A stretch of DNA of 64,000 bases from Bacilli bacterium (lineage in GTDB: Bacteria; Bacillota_I; Bacilli_A; RF39; UBA660): assembly GCA_017626405.1 (NCBI GenBank), contig JAGAIS010000001.1:358885-422884 (forward strand), written 5' to 3'. The notes under the pieces were generated by a model. That model did not search any database. It was not told the origin of the DNA and was given only the letters and a program-made list of their open reading frames with translations. Every line of letters begins with the position of its first letter. The stretch's first letter is position 1. Positions 28,132 to 38,084 of the stretch are shown here, piece by piece. Both the position numbers and the translations under genes were made by a program.

Positions 28132-28165
28132 AATCTTTACTGAAGTACAAAGTAGAGATTTTTTT
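28132..28165 (+). terminator. Rho-independent terminator
   Basis: AATCTTTACT / AGTAGAGATT 10-bp stem (one G-U pair), 9-nt loop, T5 run. Confidence 0.6.
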
Positions 28166-28295
28166 ATGTTATAATACTTTCAAATATAATTAAATATTCA
28201 AGTGATATTAATAGAAAAAGTGTTAGATTATAACAGATTAATTTTACAAGATTTTAAATAAATGTTATAATCACTTACGTAAACGGAGTGGTTTT

Positions 28296-29696
28296 ATGAA
28301 TCTACCAGATATGAAAAGTGCTAAGATGAGAAATAAAGAATCAGTAGAGTTTATCTATGAAAATCCAATTGTTAATAATTCTTTTAGTGGGCAAAAGTAC
28401 TATATTAGAACTTATGGATGTCAAATGAATGTTCACGATTCAGAAGAGATTTCATGTTTGCTTGAAAACATTGGATTTGAACGTGTAGAAAGTGAAGTTG
28501 ATGCCGATCTTGTTATTTTGAATACTTGTGCAATTAGAGAAAATGCTCATGATCATGTATTTGGCTTTTTAGGTCGCCTTAAGCATTTAAAGAAAGAAAA
28601 TCCTAATTTAAAAATAATAATATGTGGATGTATGGCACAAGAGAGAAGTGTCGTAGATGAGATAATGTCTCGTCACAAATACATTGATTTAATAGTTGGT
28701 ACTCACAATATTCATGAGCTTCCTAATTATTTAATGAATTTAAATGAGGGCTTAAATATAGAAGTTAAGAGCAATGAAAACAATATATATGAGATAGGAA
28801 ATAATTTTAGAAGAGATTCTAATATTACTGCTTGGGTTAATATTATGTATGGTTGTGATAAGTTCTGTACATATTGTATTGTTCCTTATACGAGAGGAAA
28901 AGAGAGAAGTAGAAAATCTAAAGACATATTAAGAGAAGTAGAATGTTTGAAGGCACAAGGTTATAAAGAAGTTACTTTACTTGGACAAAATGTCAATGCT
29001 TATGGCAATGATTTAGAAGACGATTTAAATTTTGCAGAGTTACTTGAGAGTGTTGCTAAGACAGGAATTGAACGAGTTAGATTTGTCACAAGTCATCCAT
29101 GGAATTTTACTGATGAGATGATTGATATAATTGCTAAATATGATAATATCATGCCTTATATTCATTTGCCTTTACAAAGTGGATCTGATCAAATATTAAA
29201 ACTAATGGGTAGAAGATATACAAGAGAAGAATATAAAGAATTATACGATAAAATAAAATCAAAAGTTAAGAATGTTGCTATAACAACTGATATCATAGTT
29301 GGATTTCCAAACGAGACTGATGAAGATTTTGAAGCGACTTTAGAGATGGTTAATTATTGTAAGTATGATGGAGCATATACTTTTATCTATTCTCCACGTG
29401 AAGGAACTCCGGCAGCTAAGATGGAGGATAAAATACCTCGCGAAGTAAAAGAGAATAGATTACAAAGATTAAATGAGATTGTTAATAAGTATTCCAATAT
29501 GAACAATCAAAAATATTTAAATAAAACAGTTAAAGTATTATTAGTTGGACCATCAGAAAAAGGTGAAGATAAATTATATGGATATACGGAGACAATGAAG
29601 TTAGTCAATGTTAAATGTGATCCAAGTTTAGTAGGTAATATAGTTGATGTGGAAATAACTGATGCTAAGAGTTTCAGCTTAGATGGAGAAGTGTAA
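28296..29696 (+). CDS. miaB: tRNA-2-methylthio-N6-dimethylallyladenosine synthase
   Basis: MTTase N-terminal block YIRTYGCQMNVHDSE..LNTCAIRE, radical-SAM CDKFCTYCIVPYTRG, C-terminal TRAM domain. Confidence 0.92.
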   Translation: MNLPDMKSAKMRNKESVEFIYENPIVNNSFSGQKYYIRTYGCQMNVHDSEEISCLLENIGFERVESEVDADLVILNTCAIRENAHDHVFGFLGRLKHLKKENPNLKIIICGCMAQERSVVDEIMSRHKYIDLIVGTHNIHELPNYLMNLNEGLNIEVKSNENNIYEIGNNFRRDSNITAWVNIMYGCDKFCTYCIVPYTRGKERSRKSKDILREVECLKAQGYKEVTLLGQNVNAYGNDLEDDLNFAELLESVAKTGIERVRFVTSHPWNFTDEMIDIIAKYDNIMPYIHLPLQSGSDQILKLMGRRYTREEYKELYDKIKSKVKNVAITTDIIVGFPNETDEDFEATLEMVNYCKYDGAYTFIYSPREGTPAAKMEDKIPREVKENRLQRLNEIVNKYSNMNNQKYLNKTVKVLLVGPSEKGEDKLYGYTETMKLVNVKCDPSLVGNIVDVEITDAKSFSLDGEV

Positions 29697-29716
29697 TTAA
29701 TAAATCGGGGGATTTT

Positions 29717-30958
29717 ATGGAAAATCTATTTATAAGTAATTTAAATAAAAAGAGTGTTAGTGAATTTACTACAGATTTTGGTGCGGGTTTAAGAAAAGAT
29801 TCTGATAAACCTTTTAAAAAAGTTTGTAATATCTTTACTAATGCAAATATTATTAGATTGGATCAAGATTTTAGTTTGACTGATGAAGAATATTTTAGTA
29901 CTCTCGATTCCAATTATATTGATCCACTTCAATATGGTTTAAAAAAAGGGAAAAATAATATTGTTTTAGAAAGATATCCAAAGTTAGACGATAATGAATC
30001 GTATATTTTTGTATGTAATCATACTTGTCCCGAAGATATTGAAACAGTTTTAAATATAATAGATAGAAATGCTTATTTAGTTTTGGGATCTATTGATACT
30101 TTAAAACATAATCCGGAAGCTTATTTATTATGGCTAAACGGGGTAATTCCTTTTGATATCTTATCAGAAGAAGAACGTGCTTTACTAGTTCCCAAGATGA
30201 ATAGAGTTTTATCTTTGGGCAACAGCATTTTAATTTTCCCTGAAGGTTCTCATAATAGTAATCCTTATAATTTAATTAATGATTTATTTGATGGACCAGT
30301 TAATTCATCACTTGATACATCTAAAAAAATTGTACCAATAACTTTAATGCGAGATGATGAACTTAGTACTACTTATATTGATGTTGGAAATCCAATAGAT
30401 TTAAAACAGCTTGATATTAATCCTCTTGATTATTATAAGCAAGAACTTGTAGCTGAGGATGAAGAAAAATATTATGTTAAATCAATATCTTCTTATATAA
30501 GAAATAAGATGGCAACTTCAGTATACTATATGATGATGAGACATTTTAAACCAATTATTCGAAATGATTATGATGATATTTCTGAGTATTTTAGAAACAA
30601 GTTTATTGAAAATGCTTTTAAAAAATTACATTGGGGAGAACATAATGTTGAACAATATCTTAAAATAGGAATAGATAATTTAGAATGGGAATATGATGTC
30701 TTTAAAGCCGAATATTTAGTAAAAAAAACTAAAGAAAGACAAGAATATGAGGAAGTAGTTGCTGATATGGCAAGAATACAAAGAAAAATGTTAGAAAGTG
30801 GAAATGTTGAAAGTTTTATTGGAGTAAAAAAAGGAATAATTGACTATCAAGCATTAGAACAAAATATTAAAGATAATGTTGTAGCAGATAATATGCGAAA
30901 ATATTGGATTGAAAATTACTATAATAAACAAAACAAAAAATTAGAGAGAAGAAAGTAA
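29717..30958 (+). CDS. lysophospholipid acyltransferase (PlsC/LPLAT) family protein with long C-terminal extension
   Basis: HX4D motif (CNHTCPED) and FPEGSHN motif. About 200 extra C-terminal residues of unknown function. Confidence 0.6.
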   Translation: MENLFISNLNKKSVSEFTTDFGAGLRKDSDKPFKKVCNIFTNANIIRLDQDFSLTDEEYFSTLDSNYIDPLQYGLKKGKNNIVLERYPKLDDNESYIFVCNHTCPEDIETVLNIIDRNAYLVLGSIDTLKHNPEAYLLWLNGVIPFDILSEEERALLVPKMNRVLSLGNSILIFPEGSHNSNPYNLINDLFDGPVNSSLDTSKKIVPITLMRDDELSTTYIDVGNPIDLKQLDINPLDYYKQELVAEDEEKYYVKSISSYIRNKMATSVYYMMMRHFKPIIRNDYDDISEYFRNKFIENAFKKLHWGEHNVEQYLKIGIDNLEWEYDVFKAEYLVKKTKERQEYEEVVADMARIQRKMLESGNVESFIGVKKGIIDYQALEQNIKDNVVADNMRKYWIENYYNKQNKKLERRK

Positions 30959-31047
30959 ATAGAATAATATTTACTTTTTTTGTTAATAAAAATGAGGTTT
31001 TATTGCAAAAATATTCTAACTAGTTTATTATTAATATAGGTGATAAT

Positions 31048-32898
31048 ATGATAGAGTTTGAAATACCTTTTGTTTGTTTAATTTTTTCATCACTTATATC
31101 TGTTGTATTTTTTTCTAAGAAAAAGAAAGAATTAGAAGAAAATACATATTATAAAAAAATACTAATTTTTACATTACTTGTAAACACAACTAATTTTGTA
31201 TCACATTATTTAGCTTATAAGTATGCAGGTGATGGATTAACGGAAGAATTTAGTCTTATATTTTCTAATATTAATAAATTAGGTTCAGTATTCATTGTGA
31301 TAATAACAATGAATATACTTTCCTATATTTTATATATTAGTTTTGAAAAATATCGTAAGAATTTTAAGTTAAATAATAGAATAAATACTGTTTTATATTT
31401 TGTTATAGGTATAATAACTTTCTTATTAGATTTTGAAGTTTATAAAATTGGTGGTGTAACTAGTGGAAAAGGATCTGCTGTTATCTTAACTTTTGGCTTA
31501 GCTTTCATTAATTTGATTACATCTCTAGTAATTGCTTTAATTAATTTTAAAAAATATGATAAAAGATACAATGCAATTTATTATATAATTCCACTTATAT
31601 TCTTTTTAGGTGTTTTTGTTTTATTTCATCCTGAATTTAATATTTATGATCTTATATTAAGTTTACTTTGTTATCTAATGTATTTTACTATTGAGAATCC
31701 GGATGTTAAAATGATTACTCAGCTTGAAATTGCGAAGGAATCAGCAGAAAAAGCAAATCGTGCTAAATCTGATTTCTTAAGTAGTATGTCTCATGAGATA
31801 AGAACTCCCTTGAATGCTATTGTTGGGCTATCGCAAGATATTGTTAATTATGACATACCTAAAGAAGCTTTAGAGGATGCTTTTGATATAATCAATGCAT
31901 CAAATACACTTCTTGAAATTGTTGGAAACATATTGGATATTAACAAAATTGAAAGCGATAAAATGGAAATAATCGAAAAACCTTATAATTTTAGAAGTGA
32001 AATAGAATCTTTAATTAGGGTAACACAAACAAGAATTGGGGAAAAACCAATTGAATTTTCTTATAATATAGCTGAAGATATTCCTGATGAATTAATTGGT
32101 GATAAAGTACATATTAAAGCTATTGTAAATAATTTAGTTACTAACGCTATTAAGTATACTGATAAAGGTAATATTAATGTTAGTATAAAATGTATTAATC
32201 GGGAAGATATATGTACTTTATATATAAGTGTTCAAGATACTGGTAGAGGAATAAAAGCGGATGATATAAATAAATTATTTAATAAATTCGAGAGATTGGA
32301 TATTGAAAAGAATAGTACTACTGAAGGTACGGGATTAGGTCTTGCTATAACTAAGAGATTAACAGAAATGATGGGCGGAAAGATTAATGTCCAAAGTACT
32401 TATGGTATTGGTTCTCTATTTGTTGTTTCAGTTCCTCAAAAGATTAGTAAAAGAGAAGATTTAACAAATACACAAGTAATAAGAACTCAGAATATAATAT
32501 CTAATTTGCGAAGCAATTATAAGGGCAAAAAAATACTAATAGTTGATGATAATAAATTAAATATTAAAGTGGCTCGTAGGGCATTAAATGATTTTGAATT
32601 CTCGATTGATGAAGCCTATAATGGAGAAGAGTGTATAAATCTTATAAAATCTGGCAATAGCTATGATTTGATATTAATGGATATCATGATGCCAGTAATG
32701 AGTGGAACAACAGCTTTAAATGAATTAAAGAAAATAGAAGGATTTAATACTCCAGTAATAGCTTTAACTGCTGATGCTTTATCCGGTTCAGAGGAAAAAT
32801 ATAAGAGTGAAGGATTTGTATGTTATATAGCAAAGCCATTCAGTAAAGAGCAAATTCAAGAAAAATTAGATTATGTTTTTATGAGAGATTCAATGTGA
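31048..32898 (+). CDS. hybrid sensor histidine kinase / response regulator
   Basis: About 6 N-terminal TM helices. H-box SHEIRTPLNAIVGL, N box NLVTNAIKYT, G boxes DTGRGI and GTGLGLAI. C-terminal receiver KILIVDDNKLN...DLILMDIMMPVMSG...YIAKP. Confidence 0.88.
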   Translation: MIEFEIPFVCLIFSSLISVVFFSKKKKELEENTYYKKILIFTLLVNTTNFVSHYLAYKYAGDGLTEEFSLIFSNINKLGSVFIVIITMNILSYILYISFEKYRKNFKLNNRINTVLYFVIGIITFLLDFEVYKIGGVTSGKGSAVILTFGLAFINLITSLVIALINFKKYDKRYNAIYYIIPLIFFLGVFVLFHPEFNIYDLILSLLCYLMYFTIENPDVKMITQLEIAKESAEKANRAKSDFLSSMSHEIRTPLNAIVGLSQDIVNYDIPKEALEDAFDIINASNTLLEIVGNILDINKIESDKMEIIEKPYNFRSEIESLIRVTQTRIGEKPIEFSYNIAEDIPDELIGDKVHIKAIVNNLVTNAIKYTDKGNINVSIKCINREDICTLYISVQDTGRGIKADDINKLFNKFERLDIEKNSTTEGTGLGLAITKRLTEMMGGKINVQSTYGIGSLFVVSVPQKISKREDLTNTQVIRTQNIISNLRSNYKGKKILIVDDNKLNIKVARRALNDFEFSIDEAYNGEECINLIKSGNSYDLILMDIMMPVMSGTTALNELKKIEGFNTPVIALTADALSGSEEKYKSEGFVCYIAKPFSKEQIQEKLDYVFMRDSM

Positions 32899-32976
32899 AT
32901 AAAAAAGGTGTAAAAAATGAGTTTTATTTTTTACGCTTTTTTGTTATAATAAAGTAGAAGAATTGAGGGTGGCAAT

Positions 32977-33915
32977 ATGAACGATAGTCAGAATAATCAA
33001 AACAATGATTTTAAAAATGTCAATGCTGTTGTTATTGGAGAACTAAGAAAAGATAAAATTGGAAGACCTATATTAGTTGCTGAACTATTCGTAATTATTT
33101 TAATCGTTATGATTTCATTACCGTTCTTAAGTAGCATGTTAGATGATGAAAATAGTTCACTTTATAAATTACTTCATGGGTCTTCAACACCGGTAGTACA
33201 AACACCAACAAATAAAAGTGAGTATAGTGATGCAAGAGTAAAACAGCCACTTAATAGTCAAACTTCTATGAAGTATGGTAGTTTAATATTAAAGAAATTT
33301 GTCTTATCGAGAGATAAGATAAATGTTACTATATCGAGTTATAATGGAATATTGAATTTAGATGAAGAAGCATATTATTTAAACTTATACTCATCAAGTG
33401 ATAATCTACTTGCTCATATTAAATTAGTTGGTGAATATGACAATTCAGAAAAACAAGTTAGTTTGACAAGTTCGGGTTTGAGTTTTAATTCTGATATGAG
33501 TTATAAGGGTATGGTTGTAAAAATGAAAGATTCTGATTATCCTAGTGTCAGTATGGAAACGGATGAGACAGGTATTGGATCTTTTATTTGTAAGAAAGAT
33601 AATCGTTCAATTGAATATATATTTAAAAACAACTATTTAATTGGTATTAAAGATAATGTGATTGTAAATATATCTAGTCAAGAGACAACTGATGATTACC
33701 TAAATTTAAAGAGAATCTATGATGAGAAAGCATCAAGTTTGGGTAGTGTTGCTACTAATGAAGAGGGTATAGATGGATTTACTTTCAGTGCAAATATGGA
33801 TTTAGAAAATTATCGAATCCCTGATGGAATAAAAGACTATGAATATTATGCACTTGATACAGAAGCAAAAATAGTTCATTATGCTGAAACAGGAAAAGGA
33901 TTTGATTGCGAGTGA
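32977..33915 (+). CDS. hypothetical N-terminally anchored protein
   Basis: 312-aa ORF with GAGGGTGG SD. One TM helix (ILVAELFVIILIVMISLPFL), then a presumably extracytoplasmic domain. Confidence 0.55.
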   Translation: MNDSQNNQNNDFKNVNAVVIGELRKDKIGRPILVAELFVIILIVMISLPFLSSMLDDENSSLYKLLHGSSTPVVQTPTNKSEYSDARVKQPLNSQTSMKYGSLILKKFVLSRDKINVTISSYNGILNLDEEAYYLNLYSSSDNLLAHIKLVGEYDNSEKQVSLTSSGLSFNSDMSYKGMVVKMKDSDYPSVSMETDETGIGSFICKKDNRSIEYIFKNNYLIGIKDNVIVNISSQETTDDYLNLKRIYDEKASSLGSVATNEEGIDGFTFSANMDLENYRIPDGIKDYEYYALDTEAKIVHYAETGKGFDCE

Positions 33916-34634
33916 CATACAATTTTTGTATAAATGATTTTGAAGGTCCTCTGGACCTTTTATTGCATTTAATAAGAAGCAGTAAAATGGATATTTATGA
34001 TATCAATATTGAAAGTATTACTAAGCAATATTTGGATATTATAAATAGTTGCGTAGATAATTCGGTTGATGCTAATTCGGAGTATTTAGTAATGGCAGCT
34101 GAACTGATTCATTTAAAAAGTAGATTATTAATTAAGAAAGATGAGACTTTAGATGAAGATGAAGAATACGAGTTTAATTCGGAAGAAGATTTGCGCAATA
34201 AGCTGCTTGAATATGAACATGTTAAAGAACTGACAGGGACATTTCATCAATTGGAAGAAAAAAGGAGTGAAATATTTACAAAACTTCCAAGTGATTTAAG
34301 TGAATATAGAAGTGAAAATACAGGAATGATTAAAGGCGAAGTTGAGTTAGATGATTTGATTAATGCTTTTGAATTGTTCTTATCTCGTCAAAAGTTAAAT
34401 AAACCACTTAATACAAAAATTGCAAAAAAAGAATTGAGTGTTCATGAGAGAACAACGCAGATTAGAAATCTTTTAAAAAAAGTTAAAAAGTGCGAGTTTA
34501 CTGAAATATTCGATGTCTTAACTAAACCTTATGTTGTCGTTACATTCTTATCGATATTAGAGATGTCTAAAAACGATGAATTACTTATTACACAGGATGA
34601 AAATTTTGGTAAGATAATGTTGGAAATGAAGTGA
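33906..34634 (+). CDS. scpA: segregation and condensation protein A
   Basis: FEGPLDLLLHLI, EYLVMAAELIHLKSRLL. TTG start overlaps the upstream stop. Confidence 0.88.
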   Translation: MRVTYNFCINDFEGPLDLLLHLIRSSKMDIYDINIESITKQYLDIINSCVDNSVDANSEYLVMAAELIHLKSRLLIKKDETLDEDEEYEFNSEEDLRNKLLEYEHVKELTGTFHQLEEKRSEIFTKLPSDLSEYRSENTGMIKGEVELDDLINAFELFLSRQKLNKPLNTKIAKKELSVHERTTQIRNLLKKVKKCEFTEIFDVLTKPYVVVTFLSILEMSKNDELLITQDENFGKIMLEMK

Positions 34635-34638
34635 TTAA

Positions 34639-35208
34639 ATGGAAGAATTAGGAGTTTTAGAAGGTATACTTTTTGTTATGGGTGATGAGGGAATAGATTT
34701 GCATAGTGTATCGGAAATTATGGAAATAACGGAAGAACATGCTAAAGAATTACTTCTTGAACTTAAGAAGAGTTATGAAGATAAATCGAGAGGACTTAGA
34801 ATATCTTATTTGGGAGATGCGTTTAAGTTAACTACTAAGCAAGAACATAAAAAATACTATGAAAAATTAGTTGTTACACCAGGTACTAATAAGTTGAGTC
34901 AAGCAGCTTTAGAGACTTTAGCTATAATTGCCTATAATCAACCAATATCGACTTCAGAAGTAAGTGAGATAAGGGGAGTACAAAGCGGTCAATTAATAAG
35001 AAAACTAGTTGCTAAAGGTTTAATAAAGGAAGCTGGTAAATCCGATTTATCAGGGCATCCTAATCTCTATCGTACAACTAGAGAATTCTTAGACTACTTT
35101 GGTTTAGCAACACTTGAAGATTTGCCAAACGTTGAATTAAAAGAAGAAATAGAAGAAGATGAAACTGATCTATTCAATTCAATTTATAAAGATGAAAGTG
35201 ATGAATAA
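34639..35208 (+). CDS. scpB: segregation and condensation protein B
   Basis: LEGILFVMGDEG, LETLAIIAYNQPISTSEVSEIRGV, YRTTREFLDYFGL. Directly follows scpA. Confidence 0.88.
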   Translation: MEELGVLEGILFVMGDEGIDLHSVSEIMEITEEHAKELLLELKKSYEDKSRGLRISYLGDAFKLTTKQEHKKYYEKLVVTPGTNKLSQAALETLAIIAYNQPISTSEVSEIRGVQSGQLIRKLVAKGLIKEAGKSDLSGHPNLYRTTREFLDYFGLATLEDLPNVELKEEIEEDETDLFNSIYKDESDE

Positions 35209-35269
35209 TCACTTTTTTATTGACTAAAAATAGTAATTACTAGATAATATTTTTTGTGGGGGAAATCAA

Positions 35270-35884
35270 ATGGAAAATTTCAGTTTAACTTATACTCATG
35301 AAGTAGAAGATTATTTTAATCCAGAAGTATTTCATGATTATAGTTTTCAAAGCGGACATTTTGATGGAAAAGATTTTTCTAAATATCTAGATTATGATGA
35401 ATATTTAGAATCGTTTATAAACTTTAGAAAAATTATTAAAAGAGACATACAAAGTATAATAAATACTAGAATAAAAGGTCTAAATAATAATGATGGGTTA
35501 ATGAACGAACTAAATACAGTAGTTGAAACTGTTGATAATGGAATCGACTTTGACTTTATGAATGGTGAGAATTTTGCCTTTAGAACTGATGCCTTTCTAT
35601 GTTTTAATAATTATGAAAACTATGTCGATGAATTAGAATGGGGAAGTTTGGGAAGTGATGCTAAGTCTTATGAAACTATTGTTATAATTGATTCTCATCT
35701 AAAGAACTTTTACTTTATTAGAACTTCTAAGAAGATTTGTTCTTTAACGACTAGTACGACAATTAATGCTTATCAGGTTAAGGGTAAAAATGTAAAGAGA
35801 AGAAAAGTTAATTTTAAGAATGGATTAACTTTAATAGATCATAGCGAAGATGAAATCCTAAAAATATTAAGTCTAGTTAGTTAA
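35270..35884 (+). CDS. hypothetical protein
   Basis: 204-aa ORF with GGGGGA SD. No motif recognised. Confidence 0.5.
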   Translation: MENFSLTYTHEVEDYFNPEVFHDYSFQSGHFDGKDFSKYLDYDEYLESFINFRKIIKRDIQSIINTRIKGLNNNDGLMNELNTVVETVDNGIDFDFMNGENFAFRTDAFLCFNNYENYVDELEWGSLGSDAKSYETIVIIDSHLKNFYFIRTSKKICSLTTSTTINAYQVKGKNVKRRKVNFKNGLTLIDHSEDEILKILSLVS

Positions 35885-35930
35885 AAATTTTACAAAAATT
35901 CATTCATTTGTGTTATAATGAATGAGTAAT

Positions 35931-36017
35931 GCCCGTATGGTGGAATTGGTAGACACGTTGGACTCAAAATCCAATGATAGCAATATCGTGTCGGTTCGAG
36001 TCCGACTACGGGCACCA
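35931..36017 (+). tRNA. tRNA-Leu (anticodon CAA), CCA encoded
   Basis: Acceptor GCCCGTA/TACGGGC, anticodon stem TTGGA/TCCAA with loop CTCAAAA, long variable arm (GATA gcaa TATC), T arm GTCGG TTCGAGT CCGAC, discriminator A + CCA. Upstream TGtTATAAT extended -10. Confidence 0.92.
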
Positions 36018-36071
36018 TAAGAGTTTTACTTGAACTGTCTAGAAAACCTAGAAAGTCAGGTTTTATAAAGG

Positions 36072-36102
36072 AAAATCACTGTGTTAGAAGAGTGATTTTT
36101 TG
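36072..36102 (+). terminator. Rho-independent terminator after the tRNA
   Basis: AAAATCACT / AGTGATTTT stem, 10-nt loop, T run. Confidence 0.6.
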
Positions 36103-36254
36103 TTTGTTTTAAATTTTGTAGTGATATGAGTGAGTGATATTTACAGAACAGAAATTACTAATAGAAGCAAACGAAAAAATAAAGAAATAAATCGGAAATC
36201 TATGATATATTATAATCAGATAGAAAAATAGTAATTTGAAAGTGAGTGGATAAT

Positions 36255-36830
36255 ATGGAGAAAAGACCTGATCTAGAAAAAGGGTTAGATAGTAATACTT
36301 TTAAATCATATTATTATTTAAAAGAAGAATTAGTAGAATTTTGTAAAAAAAACAATTTACAAGCTACTGGCGGAAAACTAGAATTAACAGAAAGAATATC
36401 TAAATTTTTAGATACAGGGGAAAGAAGTATTAAATCTCATAATTCAAGAAGAACATTAATGCAGGCTGAAATTACTTTAGACTCAATAATTGAAGAAAAC
36501 TTTGTCTGCTCAGAAAAGCATAGAGAATTTTATAAAAATCAAATTGGTAAAAATTTTTCGTTTAATGTGTTATTTCAAAAATGGTTAAAGAATAATTCTG
36601 GAAAAACTTATAAAGAATCAATTGATGCATATTATCAAATTTTAAAAGATAAGAAGAAAAATAAAACAACTATAGATAAGCAATTTGAATATAATACATA
36701 TATAAGAGATTTTTTTGAAGATAATAAAGATAAGTCTCTAGAACATGCAATTAAATGTTGGAAATATAAAAAATCTTTAAAAGGACATAACAAATATGAA
36801 AGAGAAGATTTAAAAGCGTTATATAAATAG
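36255..36830 (+). CDS. SAP-like domain protein of unknown function
   Basis: YYLKEELVEFCKKNNLQATGGKLELTERISKFL resembles a SAP helix-extended-helix motif. The rest is unassigned. ATG at 36255 is preferred to GTG at 36246. Confidence 0.5.
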   Translation: MEKRPDLEKGLDSNTFKSYYYLKEELVEFCKKNNLQATGGKLELTERISKFLDTGERSIKSHNSRRTLMQAEITLDSIIEENFVCSEKHREFYKNQIGKNFSFNVLFQKWLKNNSGKTYKESIDAYYQILKDKKKNKTTIDKQFEYNTYIRDFFEDNKDKSLEHAIKCWKYKKSLKGHNKYEREDLKALYK

Positions 36831-36934
36831 TAATTTGTATGTTTTGATTTTTCATGACAAATAAAGATTAAAAAAGTCGGGTATATAAATTAATTCTTTA
36901 ATATAATTAATATAACGAAAGGAAGAAGTGGATT

Positions 36935-37795
36935 ATGAATTGGGTAGAAGTAATAACTAAAACTATCGATTATATTGAAGCTAATATATTAGAAGATTTT
37001 AATATTAACGATTTGTCCAAAGAAGTATATGTATCATCGTTATATTTGCAAAAAGGTTTCTCTATAATGTGTGGATATTCTATATCAGAATATATAAGAA
37101 ATAGAAGACTATCATTAGCAGCTTTGGATTTAATAAATACTGATGATAAAGTTATAGATATTGCTATAAAATACTTGTATGATTCACCAGATAGTTTTAC
37201 AAAAGCTTTTACAAGATTTCATGGATCAACACCACTTGCCGTTCGTAAAGATGGAGCAACTATAAAAGATTTTGCACCATTAAGAATAAGTATTGATTTA
37301 AAGGGAGGATATATTATGGAATTCAGAATTGAAGAAAAAGAAAGCTTTAAAGTTGTAGGATTAGCAAAAAAATTTAAATATGATAATGCATATGAAGAAG
37401 TACCAAAATTATGGCAAGAGTTTAATATGAGTGGTAATAAAGATATTTGTCCCATGTATGGATTAAATTATGATGAAACAATGGAATGCGATGAATTTAC
37501 GTATATGATTTGTGATAATTATAAAGATGGAATGGATGTTCCTAATGGTTATGTAGTCAAAGAAATACCTAAATTTACATGGGCAATATTTCCATGCTAT
37601 GGACCATCATTTAAAAGTATGCCAGAATTAAATGAAAAGATATTTAAAGAATGGTTACCAAATAGTAATGAGTATGAAATAGCTGCAGGATATAATTTAG
37701 AAATGTATTCTGATCCAACTGAATATGAAAATGGTATTATGAATGAAAAATACTATACGGAAGTTTGGATTCCTGTTAAGAAAAAAGAATTATAA
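36935..37795 (+). CDS. AraC family transcriptional regulator with GyrI-like effector-binding domain
   Basis: N-terminal double HTH (INDLSKEVYVSSLYLQKGF; DIAIKYLYDSPDSFTKAFTRFHGSTP). The C-terminal ~150 aa (FKVVGL...WQEF...TEVWIPV) are typical of GyrI-like domains. Confidence 0.85.
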   Translation: MNWVEVITKTIDYIEANILEDFNINDLSKEVYVSSLYLQKGFSIMCGYSISEYIRNRRLSLAALDLINTDDKVIDIAIKYLYDSPDSFTKAFTRFHGSTPLAVRKDGATIKDFAPLRISIDLKGGYIMEFRIEEKESFKVVGLAKKFKYDNAYEEVPKLWQEFNMSGNKDICPMYGLNYDETMECDEFTYMICDNYKDGMDVPNGYVVKEIPKFTWAIFPCYGPSFKSMPELNEKIFKEWLPNSNEYEIAAGYNLEMYSDPTEYENGIMNEKYYTEVWIPVKKKEL

Positions 37796-37807
37796 ATTAC
37801 AATTTAT

Positions 37808-37830
37808 AGAGCAAAAAAATGCTCTTTTTT
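37808..37830 (+). terminator. Rho-independent terminator
   Basis: AGAGCA aaaaaa TGCTCT followed by T5. Confidence 0.6.
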
Positions 37831-38061
37831 ATTGGTGTAATGATAAAAAGTACTGATAGAAATTAATCGGAAATCAAACGAATAGTGATTTTGGGTATAG
37901 GTCTTTCAAAAGGATTGTGATATACCGAAAATGTCAACGAGGGACAGTTCATATAAGGTACGAATATCGCACCATTAGTAATCAATCTGAACCTATGGTT
38001 TGGTTAAAGGAATCTCTACTTCAATATGGAAGCGGAGATTTTTAATTTTCTTTATGATAAG

Positions 38062-38084
38062 TCTCGAATATATCGAGATTTTTT
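38062..38084 (+). terminator. hairpin + T run inside the leader of the Ppx/GppA-like gene
   Basis: TCTCGA atata TCGAGA perfect stem followed by T6, about 58 nt upstream of the ATG at 38142. Confidence 0.5.

Noticed and set aside
36183-37875. 18-nt near-repeat agaaatWaatcggaaatc at 36183-36200 and 37858-37875, flanking the SAP-like and AraC genes. It could be a possible cassette boundary.
   Set aside because: A 17/18 match is within rough chance expectation for all position pairs in 64 kb of AT-rich DNA. There is no extended similarity around it and no recombinase gene.
38011-38047. First hairpin + T run in the 37.8-38.1 kb leader as an independent terminator feature.
   Set aside because: It has only a 6-bp stem with an ~18-nt loop and an interrupted T run. 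That is too weak to list as a feature, so it is mentioned only in the finding.
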